A stretch of 64,000 bases of DNA from an uncultured Acidobacteriaceae bacterium (GTDB lineage: Bacteria; Acidobacteriota; Terriglobia; Terriglobales; Acidobacteriaceae), in assembly GCA_963840985.1 (NCBI GenBank), contig CAWJDN010000001.1, positions 272-64,271 of the forward strand. The letters are read 5' to 3'. The notes beneath the pieces were generated by a model that had not been told where the DNA came from, did not search any database, and worked only from the letters and a program-made list of their open reading frames with translations. Both the position numbers and the translations under genes were made by a program. Positions 28,523 to 36,877 of the stretch are shown here, one piece after another. Each line of letters begins with the position of its first letter. Within the stretch, counting starts at the first letter, position 1.

Positions 28523-30874
28523 TCAGTCTACGCGCGCCGAATACGGATCCTCGGGCCAGGCATGCTTGGGGTAACGGCGGCTCAACTCCCGCCGCACTTG
28601 CGGATAGAGACGCTGCCAGAACCCGGTAAGGTCCGTCGTGGTCTGGACCGGCCGCTTATTCGGCGCGAGCAAATGCACCACCAGCGCCACCTTACCGTTG
28701 GCGATGCGAGGCGTCTCGCGCATCCCGAAGAAATCTTGCAATCGCGATGCGATCCAAGGCGGCTTGCCGGCTTCGTAGCTAACTTTCGTTTGGCGTCCGT
28801 TGGGCAGGCGAATCCGGCCGGGCGCGATTTCGTTGAGGAGCCTTGCGCCGGCGCGTTGTTCGAGCGTGGGTATCAAGGAAGAGCCGGCGTGCTTTAATTC
28901 GGCAAAGCTTTTCAATCCGCGGCAAAGTTCACGAAAGGCTGTTTCGACATCCAACCTTGCAATAGCCGCGTATTCCGACGCAAAGGCAATGCGAGCGAGG
29001 GCCAGCTCTAATTCCTGGCGATCGACAAAGCGCTCAATTCCCGCTTCGATCGCGCGATCCGCCAGCATAGCCGCGGCCTGTTCGGGATCGGGCGCACCGC
29101 TGCGCGTTTCTTCGATGACCAGATTGTCGTAGAGCAGCGCGCTCACTGCCTCCACGCGTTCGGCGGACCGATTCCACTCGACGCCCGCGCGTTCCTTGAC
29201 GCGATCCGGAAACAGGACCACCAGCCATTCCGGCTCGATTACGCAGTACAGGCGCACCAGAGGCAAAGCTTTTTCGCTGCGATCTTCAACCTCCACGGCC
29301 ACCACGAACTCCGCGCGCGCGTCGCAGGCTAGCATCGCCGAACCGCCGGATGCGAGCAGCAATTGATGGTCTTTGCGGCGCCGGGCCACACGGTCGGGGA
29401 AGGCGGTAAGGATCGAAAGCGCCAACGCGTGAGGGTCGTGTGCATGTGGCCTGGAGGGCCGGACGATGCGGCGAATCTGTTCAAAATGGCGCTGAGTGAC
29501 GGGGTCGAATGGGGCGTCGATGAGTGTCATCAAGTCGCACGATGGCGTGCGCGCGCCGGAGCTGAGCGCCGCAGCCGCCCGGCAGCCTTCTTCACCCGTG
29601 CCGCGTTCCACAGCGTCCAGCACTAGTCGAGCCAAGCGGGGATGCAATGGATAGCGGGCCATGCGGCGCGCCGATTCTCCTGGTGCGCCCAAGCGCTCCA
29701 GCAAATCCTCAGCGCGACTGACGGCGGCCGATGGCGGAGGGTCCAGCCATTCCAATTCGAGCGGATTGCTCACTCCCATAGCCCGCAGAGTGAGGCAGAG
29801 CTCCGACAGCTCGCGCCGTAGAATCTCGGGCGGATCCTGATCGCGCCGGCGATGAAAATCATCCAGCGTGTAGAGCCGGATGACTCGGCCCGGCGCCGTG
29901 CGTGCTGCCCGGCCCGCGCGCTGCGTGGCCGATGCCTTGCTGATACGCGCCACTTCCAGTGTCGGCAAACCGGACCACGGCGAATCGCTCGCCATGCGCG
30001 CCAATCCGCTGTCGATCACGGTCGTGACGCCTTCCACGGTAATGGAGCTTTCCGCGACGTTGGTGGAAAGGATCACTTTACGCTGTTTGGCCGGGGAGAC
30101 GGCGCGGTCCTGCTCGGCCGGCGACAAATCGCCGTACAAGGGGAGTACCAAGAGATCCTGTTTGGTTGCCAGCGGCCTGCATTCGCGCTCGGCGCGCCGG
30201 ATTTCCGCGGCTCCCGGCAAGAACACCAGTACATCTCCGGTGGGTGACTGCGCCACGACATTCTCCAGTGCCGACGCCACCTGCTTTTCCAGCGGCAGCG
30301 CGGAATAGGGCTGATGCGCGATCGAAAGCTCGAACAGGCGGCCTTCGGAACGCAGGATCGGACAATCGCCGAGATATCTCGCGATGGGCGCGGCGTCCAG
30401 CGTCGCCGACATCACGACGATCCGCAGTTCCGGCCGCTTGGTGCGCTGCAAACGCCGCAGCAACGCCAGCGCCAGATCGGTTTCCAAATGCCGCTCGTGG
30501 AACTCGTCTAAGATCACGGCGTCCACGCCCGCGAGTAGCGGATCGGAAATCAGACGGCGGGTGAGAATGCCTCCGGTAACGAATCGAAGCCGCGTTCGCG
30601 CGCCACCCACTTCTTCAAAACGAACCTGATAGCCGACTGTTTCGCCCACCTTTTCGCCAAGTTCTTGCGCCACGCGTCGCGCCGCCAATCGCGCGGCCAA
30701 CCGGCGAGGCTCCAACACCAGCACCTGATCCCGCACCAATCCGAGCAACGCGGGCGGCACACGGGTAGTTTTCCCGGCGCCGGGCGGCGCTTCGATCACC
30801 AGATTGGGCGTGAGTCCGAGCGATTGACGAATCGAAGGTAATAAACCATCGATGGGCAGCGTCGCAGGGGCCAA
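28523..30874 (-). CDS. hrpB: ATP-dependent RNA helicase HrpB
   Basis: Motifs APPGAGKTT, DEFHER, MSAT, QRAGRAAR and C-terminal RYPKHAWPEDP. Confidence 0.95.
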   Translation of the reverse strand: MAPATLPIDGLLPSIRQSLGLTPNLVIEAPPGAGKTTRVPPALLGLVRDQVLVLEPRRLAARLAARRVAQELGEKVGETVGYQVRFEEVGGARTRLRFVTGGILTRRLISDPLLAGVDAVILDEFHERHLETDLALALLRRLQRTKRPELRIVVMSATLDAAPIARYLGDCPILRSEGRLFELSIAHQPYSALPLEKQVASALENVVAQSPTGDVLVFLPGAAEIRRAERECRPLATKQDLLVLPLYGDLSPAEQDRAVSPAKQRKVILSTNVAESSITVEGVTTVIDSGLARMASDSPWSGLPTLEVARISKASATQRAGRAARTAPGRVIRLYTLDDFHRRRDQDPPEILRRELSELCLTLRAMGVSNPLELEWLDPPPSAAVSRAEDLLERLGAPGESARRMARYPLHPRLARLVLDAVERGTGEEGCRAAAALSSGARTPSCDLMTLIDAPFDPVTQRHFEQIRRIVRPSRPHAHDPHALALSILTAFPDRVARRRKDHQLLLASGGSAMLACDARAEFVVAVEVEDRSEKALPLVRLYCVIEPEWLVVLFPDRVKERAGVEWNRSAERVEAVSALLYDNLVIEETRSGAPDPEQAAAMLADRAIEAGIERFVDRQELELALARIAFASEYAAIARLDVETAFRELCRGLKSFAELKHAGSSLIPTLEQRAGARLLNEIAPGRIRLPNGRQTKVSYEAGKPPWIASRLQDFFGMRETPRIANGKVALVVHLLAPNKRPVQTTTDLTGFWQRLYPQVRRELSRRYPKHAWPEDPYSARVD

Positions 30875-31675
30875 TTACTTGTTCGGCGGTGGCGGCGCGG
30901 ACGGCGTCGGCGTCTTCGACGGATCATCCACGTCGTACTTGATCTGGACGTCGCTCTTGAACTGTTTGTAGTCCTGATATTTGACGGTCATCTTGATGCG
31001 CTGATCGTTTTCCTTGAAGTGCAGAGTGGAGTTCGCGATGGTATAGGTGGGGAACCAATATTTCCCGTCCACCTGTTCGCGGTACGTTTCAAACTTCGGA
31101 TATTGATGATCCGCGTTTTGCTTCCTGCCTTCACCGCGGCCGTAGCTCTTTACGATTTGCAAGTCGCGATCGTCCACCCAGACGATCCCCTCGAAATAGC
31201 GCTGGCCGGATTCCATGGCTTTGGGCTTGACGGCGAAGGCATAGGTGGAGATCTCGTCCAGTTGCTCGCGGCCCAGGTAGCGGATGAAATATTTCGGAAC
31301 TTCGTCGGTGGTGAGCACGAATGGTTGCACGTCGCGAAGATCCTGAATGTCGCCCGGATCCAGCGAGATGGCAGTGAGCGTGTTAGGTGGAGCGTAGGTG
31401 ACCTTTTCGATGCGCGCGCCTTCGGGCGAGAAAATGATATCGGTCACCTCTTCCCACCTGCCGGTGACGCCGCCGCCGTCATCGAGCGTCTCCACCTTCG
31501 CGGTCTGGCGATAGGTGTAGTTGCTTCGCGCCTTGGCGAACGCGGCTTCCTTGGCGGCGAACTTGGCGATGATGGTGTCAATTTGGGAAGGGTCGGGATC
31601 GTTGAGGGTGGCGCCAAAGGCAGCCCCCGTGAGCAGAGCGCCCAATAACAGAGCAACGGGAACAACGAAACGCAT
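30875..31675 (-). CDS. Secreted hypothetical protein (LolA/MucB-like fold suspected)
   Basis: Signal peptide, motifs FEGIVWVD and YWFPTYT, Pro-rich tail. Confidence 0.75.
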   Translation of the reverse strand: MRFVVPVALLLGALLTGAAFGATLNDPDPSQIDTIIAKFAAKEAAFAKARSNYTYRQTAKVETLDDGGGVTGRWEEVTDIIFSPEGARIEKVTYAPPNTLTAISLDPGDIQDLRDVQPFVLTTDEVPKYFIRYLGREQLDEISTYAFAVKPKAMESGQRYFEGIVWVDDRDLQIVKSYGRGEGRKQNADHQYPKFETYREQVDGKYWFPTYTIANSTLHFKENDQRIKMTVKYQDYKQFKSDVQIKYDVDDPSKTPTPSAPPPPNK

Positions 31676-31809
31676 ATTGCCTCTTGCCTTTTAATATAGC
31701 GCGGGCAGTCTGAAGCCGGAGGCGGGAAGGTGACGGCGGCTCTTGTGAATACCGTGGCTCTTGTGAAACGTGTGCGGGTGTGAAAGAATTTCCCACGGAG
31801 GTATGGGCG

Positions 31810-32208
31810 ATGAGACTGGTACTCTCTATCGCAATCGCCTGCGTGGTATGGTCGGCTTCGGCATTGCCGGCGCTGGCGCATCATTCCGGCGCCGCGGAAT
31901 TCGACTCGCACAAGAAAGTCGACTTGGCCGGCGTGGTGACGAAAGTGGAGTGGACCAATCCGCACGCACACTTCTATATGGACGTGAAGGACTCAAGCGG
32001 CAACACAGCCAATTGGAATTTCGAACTGGCCAGCCCGAACGTGCTGATTCGGAATGGCTGGCACAGGAACTCGATCAAACCGGGCGATATGGTCAGCGTT
32101 ACCGGGATTCAAGCCAAGGACAGTTCCAATTACGCTAGCGCCGGAGTGATTACTTTTCCAGACGGACACAAACTGACTTTTCTGGCGGCGGATGAACCTG
32201 CGAAATGA
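31810..32208 (+). CDS. DUF6152 family protein
   Basis: Signal peptide followed by AHHS..AEFD, WTNPH, LIRNGW. Confidence 0.85.
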   Translation: MRLVLSIAIACVVWSASALPALAHHSGAAEFDSHKKVDLAGVVTKVEWTNPHAHFYMDVKDSSGNTANWNFELASPNVLIRNGWHRNSIKPGDMVSVTGIQAKDSSNYASAGVITFPDGHKLTFLAADEPAK

Positions 32209-32218
32209 GGCATCAGGA

Positions 32219-33037
32219 ATGAAGGCGACATACGTGAGCAAGCGCGTGACTACGAGCGTCGTCGGCGGGACGCTGTTGGCGGCTTTCTCGCTCATGGCGC
32301 AGCAGGGTCCCACGCAAGGTCCGACCCAAGCGAAAACCGGGAACATAGGACTGTATCGAAATCAGCAGTTGGCGCCAGACGGGCCGGCGCCCAAGCTGGC
32401 CGACGGAACGCCGGACCTGTCAGGAGTGTGGCTGGGCGGTGGGAGTAACAGTACCGATATTGCCAATCCCAAGGGTTTGAAAGCAGGCAGTGAGGTTGTC
32501 ATGCTTCCGTGGGCGGAGGAGGTTGTGAAGCACCGGCAATCGAAGGAAGATCCGGAGGCGAACTGCCTGCCGGCCGGTATTCCGCGTGGATCGCCGTATC
32601 CGTGGAGGATCGTGCAGACGCCTACGCATTACTTCATTCTTTTCGAAGGGAACATCCATAGCTTCCGGCAGATCTTCATGAATGGCAAGCATCCCGACGA
32701 TCCGGATCCCACCTGGTACGGGCATTCGATCGGCCATTGGGAAGGAAACACGCTGGTAGTGGATACGGTGGGCTTCAACGACAAGTTCTGGTTCGACTAC
32801 AAGGGTCACCCCCACACCGAAAAGCTTCACACCGTGGAACGCTTCACGCGCACGGACCTGGGACATATGTCCATGGAAGTTACGATTGACGATCCGGGTA
32901 CATACGTCAAGCCATTTACAACCGTCGGCAGCGCGACGCTGATGCCGGGGACAGAGCTGCTGGAGTACATCTGCCAGGAGAATAACCAGGATTTGCAGAA
33001 ACTCCAAGGTCCGGCGCGTGGGCCGGGAGGGCAATAG
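32219..33037 (+). CDS. Secreted hypothetical protein, frequent DUF6152 neighbour
   Basis: Motifs PDLSGVW, CLPAG, GHSIGHWEGNTLVVDT, EYICQENN. Confidence 0.8.
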   Translation: MKATYVSKRVTTSVVGGTLLAAFSLMAQQGPTQGPTQAKTGNIGLYRNQQLAPDGPAPKLADGTPDLSGVWLGGGSNSTDIANPKGLKAGSEVVMLPWAEEVVKHRQSKEDPEANCLPAGIPRGSPYPWRIVQTPTHYFILFEGNIHSFRQIFMNGKHPDDPDPTWYGHSIGHWEGNTLVVDTVGFNDKFWFDYKGHPHTEKLHTVERFTRTDLGHMSMEVTIDDPGTYVKPFTTVGSATLMPGTELLEYICQENNQDLQKLQGPARGPGGQ

Positions 33038-33090
33038 GCAGTATCGCTCACGGCTAACAACGGGCCCGATGTTAGACTGGCTAAGCAACC

Positions 33091-33270
33091 GTGAACGAAG
33101 ACCAGAACACACTTCCAGTGGCAGACACGACGGAACGCACGATGGGTGACGCCAACGCTCGTCTGGTGGCGCGTCTCAAACAAATCCTGGATACTCCCGG
33201 CATCAGCGACAAGGATCGGAAATTGGTGGAGCGAAACTTGCAGCGGATTCTAACCGCGCCCAGCGCCTGA
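33091..33270 (+). CDS. Putative small protein (59 aa; not in the ORF track)
   Basis: Open GTG..TGA frame filling the gap, with an amphipathic helical sequence. TAGACT -10-like box at 33073-33078. Confidence 0.45.
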   Translation: MNEDQNTLPVADTTERTMGDANARLVARLKQILDTPGISDKDRKLVERNLQRILTAPSA

Positions 33271-33280
33271 TCACTGGTCC

Positions 33281-34456
33281 CTACGCCAGGATTTGTTTGG
33301 CGATGGTCAGCTTTTGGATGTTGGTGGTGCCTTCGTAAATCCGGCCGATTTTGGCGTCGCGATACAGTTTCTCCACCGGATAATCCTTGGTGAAACCGAC
33401 GCCGCCGAAAATTTCCACCGCGCGTGACGCCGTGTCCTCCGCCACCTGCGATGCGAAATACTTAGCCATCGCGGCCTCTGTGACATAGGGATGCCCCGCG
33501 TCGCGCAACCGGGCTGCGTTGTAGACCAGCAAGCGCGCCGCTTCCACCTCGGTGGCCATCTGCGCCAGTTCAAACTGTACGCCCTGAAACTCGGCGATGG
33601 CCTTTCCGAACTGCTGCCGCTGTTTGGCGTACGCGATGGCGTGGTCGAGCGCGCCTTGCGCCAGTCCCGTCATCTGCGCTCCAATCGCGATGCGCCCTTC
33701 GTTCAACGTCTCAATGGCGATCTTGTAGCCCTTGCCAACCTCGCCCAGCACGTTGCCGGCGGGGACGCGGCAGTCATCCAGAATCAGTTCACATGTTGAG
33801 GATGCGCGGATCCCCAGCTTGTCTTCTTTTTTGCCAACTTGAAATCCGGGGAACTCGCGCTCCACCAGGAAACAAGTGATGCCGCGATGGCCCGCTTCCG
33901 GATTCGCGTTCGCGAATAACAGGAACAGGCCGGACTCGGCGGCATTAGTGATCCAAAGCTTGCGGCCGGTGATGAAATATTCATCGCCACGCTTGATCGC
34001 GCGCGTCGCCAATGCGAAAGCATCGGAGCCCGATCCGGCCTCCGATAATGCAAACGAAGCCACCATTTCGTTGGCCAGCTTCGGCAGATAGCGCCGCTTC
34101 TGGTCTTCGGTGCCCCATCGGATGATCACGTTGTTGGCGATCGTGTTCTGCACGTCCACGATAACGGCCGCCGAAGGATCCACGGCCGCCAGCGCCTCTA
34201 CCGCTAGGACAGCCTGAAAGAAGCTGCCGCCCTGGCCGCCATATTGCTCCGGGATCTCGATGCCCATCAGCCCGAGTTCGAACATCTCGTGCAGCAGGTC
34301 CTTGCGGAATATGGCCGCCGCGTCCATTTCCCGCACGTAGGGGGCAATGCGTTCGCGCGCGAAGCTTCGCACGGCGTCCTGGAACATGCGCTCTTCTTCG
34401 CCCAGGGCAGTCAACGGAGGCGGCGGCGCGCTGGAGGTTTCAATTGCGTTCGGCAT
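33281..34456 (-). CDS. Acyl-CoA dehydrogenase (short/branched-chain type)
   Basis: Motifs ALSEAGSGSDA, GRKLWITN, KLGIRAS, YRDAKIGRIYEGT. Confidence 0.95.
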   Translation of the reverse strand: MPNAIETSSAPPPPLTALGEEERMFQDAVRSFARERIAPYVREMDAAAIFRKDLLHEMFELGLMGIEIPEQYGGQGGSFFQAVLAVEALAAVDPSAAVIVDVQNTIANNVIIRWGTEDQKRRYLPKLANEMVASFALSEAGSGSDAFALATRAIKRGDEYFITGRKLWITNAAESGLFLLFANANPEAGHRGITCFLVEREFPGFQVGKKEDKLGIRASSTCELILDDCRVPAGNVLGEVGKGYKIAIETLNEGRIAIGAQMTGLAQGALDHAIAYAKQRQQFGKAIAEFQGVQFELAQMATEVEAARLLVYNAARLRDAGHPYVTEAAMAKYFASQVAEDTASRAVEIFGGVGFTKDYPVEKLYRDAKIGRIYEGTTNIQKLTIAKQILA

Positions 34457-34566
34457 GGGGCTCCTTCGAGCTTGGAGTTGAACTCTGCCACCAGTCTACT
34501 CGCCGGGCGTTTCGCGCGCGAACAGTGCGTCGGGAAGGTATATAATTGCGGCCACTGGAGGCGCCT

Positions 34567-34908
34567 ATGAAAACGTGGTTGATTGCCCTGTTGCTGATCG
34601 CTGCTTTGTTTCTGCCTGTGGCGCTTGTGGCATTCCAAAGCTTGCCGAAATGCACAGCCGTAGATCCGGATACCGCGAAGAGCGGGGATATGGTGACCAT
34701 TACTTGCGAGAACGCGGACAAAGCTAGTGTCGCGGGGGTGTACCTTACCGATGGCAAGGACGATACCAAACTTACCGTCATGGAACGCGCGGCCGACAAG
34801 ATCAAATTTCAAGTGCCGGCCCTGAAGCCCGGCCGCTACCACATCGCATTTCTGACGGCCAATAAGGCGTCCATGGTGGAACAGCCGGTGGTGCTGACCG
34901 TAGAGTAG
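34567..34908 (+). CDS. Small secreted IPT/TIG-like protein
   Basis: Signal peptide, motifs VDPDTAKSGD and FQVPALKPGRY. TATAAT at 34541-34546. Confidence 0.75.
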   Translation: MKTWLIALLLIAALFLPVALVAFQSLPKCTAVDPDTAKSGDMVTITCENADKASVAGVYLTDGKDDTKLTVMERAADKIKFQVPALKPGRYHIAFLTANKASMVEQPVVLTVE

Positions 34909-34918
34909 CGCCTCACTG

Positions 34919-35734
34919 CTATTGATACAAATACACGGGCCGATCCAGCCGGAAGCTCACCACCGTCTCTGACGGGATGTGCAGTTTGGGACCGCGCGTC
35001 AGTACCTGTGTTCCCGCGCCTGCCGCACCGCCGGCCACTGCTCCGATGGCCGCGCCCCTGCCCCCTCCAGCAATCGCACCCAGCACGGTGCCGAGAAGCG
35101 CTCCACCTCCGACAAATGCGCCGGTGCGTTGGTTGGCGCCGATTCCGTCGCGCGTGTGTACGCCGGTGATATTTGAGCTATTCAGGATATGCCGCCGCCC
35201 GTTGATGCTTACCGAGCGCAGGTCAATGGCGATATCTCCTTTGCCGACGTCGTGCGCGATTAAGTGCGCCGCGGAGCCGCGCGGAATGGCCACGCGTCCG
35301 TCGGAATCCAATACATCCCGCTCAATGGATGCGAGGAAGTGCTGTCGCGGGTCAGGACGCCGGACATCGATGGAATCGATGCTGCGTACTAAAATTTCGG
35401 CGCCGGCCGGAATTGCGGATCCGCGGCTCCAGCCGGATGAGGGCTCGGCGTCTGAATCGACGTAGCCTCGTTCGATTAAGGCCGCAGGAACAGCCGTGGA
35501 CGCTGGAAACGACGTTGGCAGTGGGCCACTGAACACCAGGCTCTGAATCAGCGAGATATTAAACTTGTGCCTGCCTCCCTGCTGGTCGATAAACTTGACC
35601 GTGTTGGAATCCCCGCCGTCATATCTTCCCTGCAACTGCGTGCCAGTTGTCAACAACAGAACCTGTTGTGAAAAAGCCAGGGAGCCGGCGATCATCATGA
35701 GAACCACTGCGCGATAGATTTTAGCCATATTCAT
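34919..35734 (-). CDS. Secreted glycine-zipper protein
   Basis: Signal peptide and motif GGGALLGTVLGAIAGGGRGAAIGAVAGGAAGAG. Confidence 0.8.
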   Translation of the reverse strand: MNMAKIYRAVVLMMIAGSLAFSQQVLLLTTGTQLQGRYDGGDSNTVKFIDQQGGRHKFNISLIQSLVFSGPLPTSFPASTAVPAALIERGYVDSDAEPSSGWSRGSAIPAGAEILVRSIDSIDVRRPDPRQHFLASIERDVLDSDGRVAIPRGSAAHLIAHDVGKGDIAIDLRSVSINGRRHILNSSNITGVHTRDGIGANQRTGAFVGGGALLGTVLGAIAGGGRGAAIGAVAGGAAGAGTQVLTRGPKLHIPSETVVSFRLDRPVYLYQ

Positions 35735-35753
35735 CTCTCTCGCATTATGCTTG

Positions 35754-35769
35754 GCAACTCTTGTGCCAA
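35754..35769 (-). promoter_or_regulatory. Sigma54 -24/-12 promoter
   Basis: Minus strand reads TTGGCACAAGAGTTGC, matching TGGCAC-N5-TTGC, about 20 nt upstream of the ATG at 35734. Confidence 0.7.
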
Positions 35770-35878
35770 CGGACCGATCGCGCAGAACAATGGACATGCG
35801 TTCAACTTCAGTTTTTCCGTGGCAGTCGAGTCGCTATTTTTGGACTGTCCGTCCAGCGAGCGACACGCTTGAACTGCT

Positions 35879-36796
35879 TCAGTTCTGCGGGACTGAGATG
35901 GTAATGTTGCGGTATTTCAATCCGCCGGTGTGATCGCCTTGCAGATAGATGGGTCCAGGTTCGCCTTCCCGGCTGTCGATAGCGCCGCCCGTAATACCAG
36001 GAATGTCGACCTTATCGATGATGAGCACGCCATCGCGAACCACCGTGACATTGCGCCCTACCAGCGTCACATCATAGCCTTCCCACTGGCCAGGACGCGG
36101 GTCCACTTGGGTAGCGGGGGAAATAAATCCGTAAATCGATCCCATGGCATGGAAGGCGTCGTTCTTGCCGGGCGGCTCATACTCCACCTGCACTTCGTAG
36201 CGGCCGCGCAAATAAACGCCGCTGTTGCCGCCGCGCGGGCAATTGTATTCGATATGCAATTTGAAGTCGCCAAATTTCCGGGTGGTGCGGATATTAGCGC
36301 CGGCTTGGAGGTTCTGAAGCTCGCCGTTTTGGGCGATCCAATGATTGGCCGCGGGATTATCGGGTTCCCAACCCGTAAGGTCATGCCCGCTAAACAGCGG
36401 CTCAGGACTGCTCCAGGCGGCGGGCGCCGCATGGTTTAGCGAAGGTGCGGGAACTCCGGTGACCTGGCCATCCGGAATCTGTCCTGTGAGTTTGTGGTCT
36501 TTCACCGACATCTGCCATAGCACGGAGCCGTCTTCAAAAGTCAGCTTCGTTCCCTCCACTTTTGCGCTGCGCGCGGTATGGACGCTGCCGGTGCGGCCCA
36601 CTATGCGAACGGCGGGTGTTCCATCTTCGTCGGCAAATTCCAGCCAGGAGGGGTAGACCAATGAAGGATAGGCGCCTTTGGATGTTACAACGGTCAGGTC
36701 CCATCGGCCGGAAAATGGCGACGGCGCGTCCGCGGTGAATAGCGGAGTCACGCTAATTGCCACAAGCATCGCGACTCTGCTCGAAACGGCCTGCAT
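35879..36796 (-). CDS. DUF1080 (3-keto-disaccharide hydrolase family) protein
   Basis: Motifs LFSGHDLTGW, NSGVYLRGRYEVQ, GPIYLQGDH, YRNI. Confidence 0.9.
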   Translation of the reverse strand: MQAVSSRVAMLVAISVTPLFTADAPSPFSGRWDLTVVTSKGAYPSLVYPSWLEFADEDGTPAVRIVGRTGSVHTARSAKVEGTKLTFEDGSVLWQMSVKDHKLTGQIPDGQVTGVPAPSLNHAAPAAWSSPEPLFSGHDLTGWEPDNPAANHWIAQNGELQNLQAGANIRTTRKFGDFKLHIEYNCPRGGNSGVYLRGRYEVQVEYEPPGKNDAFHAMGSIYGFISPATQVDPRPGQWEGYDVTLVGRNVTVVRDGVLIIDKVDIPGITGGAIDSREGEPGPIYLQGDHTGGLKYRNITISVPQN

Positions 36797-36877
36797 TGGT
36801 GTTTAGTCTATCGAATTCAGGTAAACCCCTTGAAACCGGCACTTCAAGAGATCCATCCTAGAACTGGCTCCCACTTT

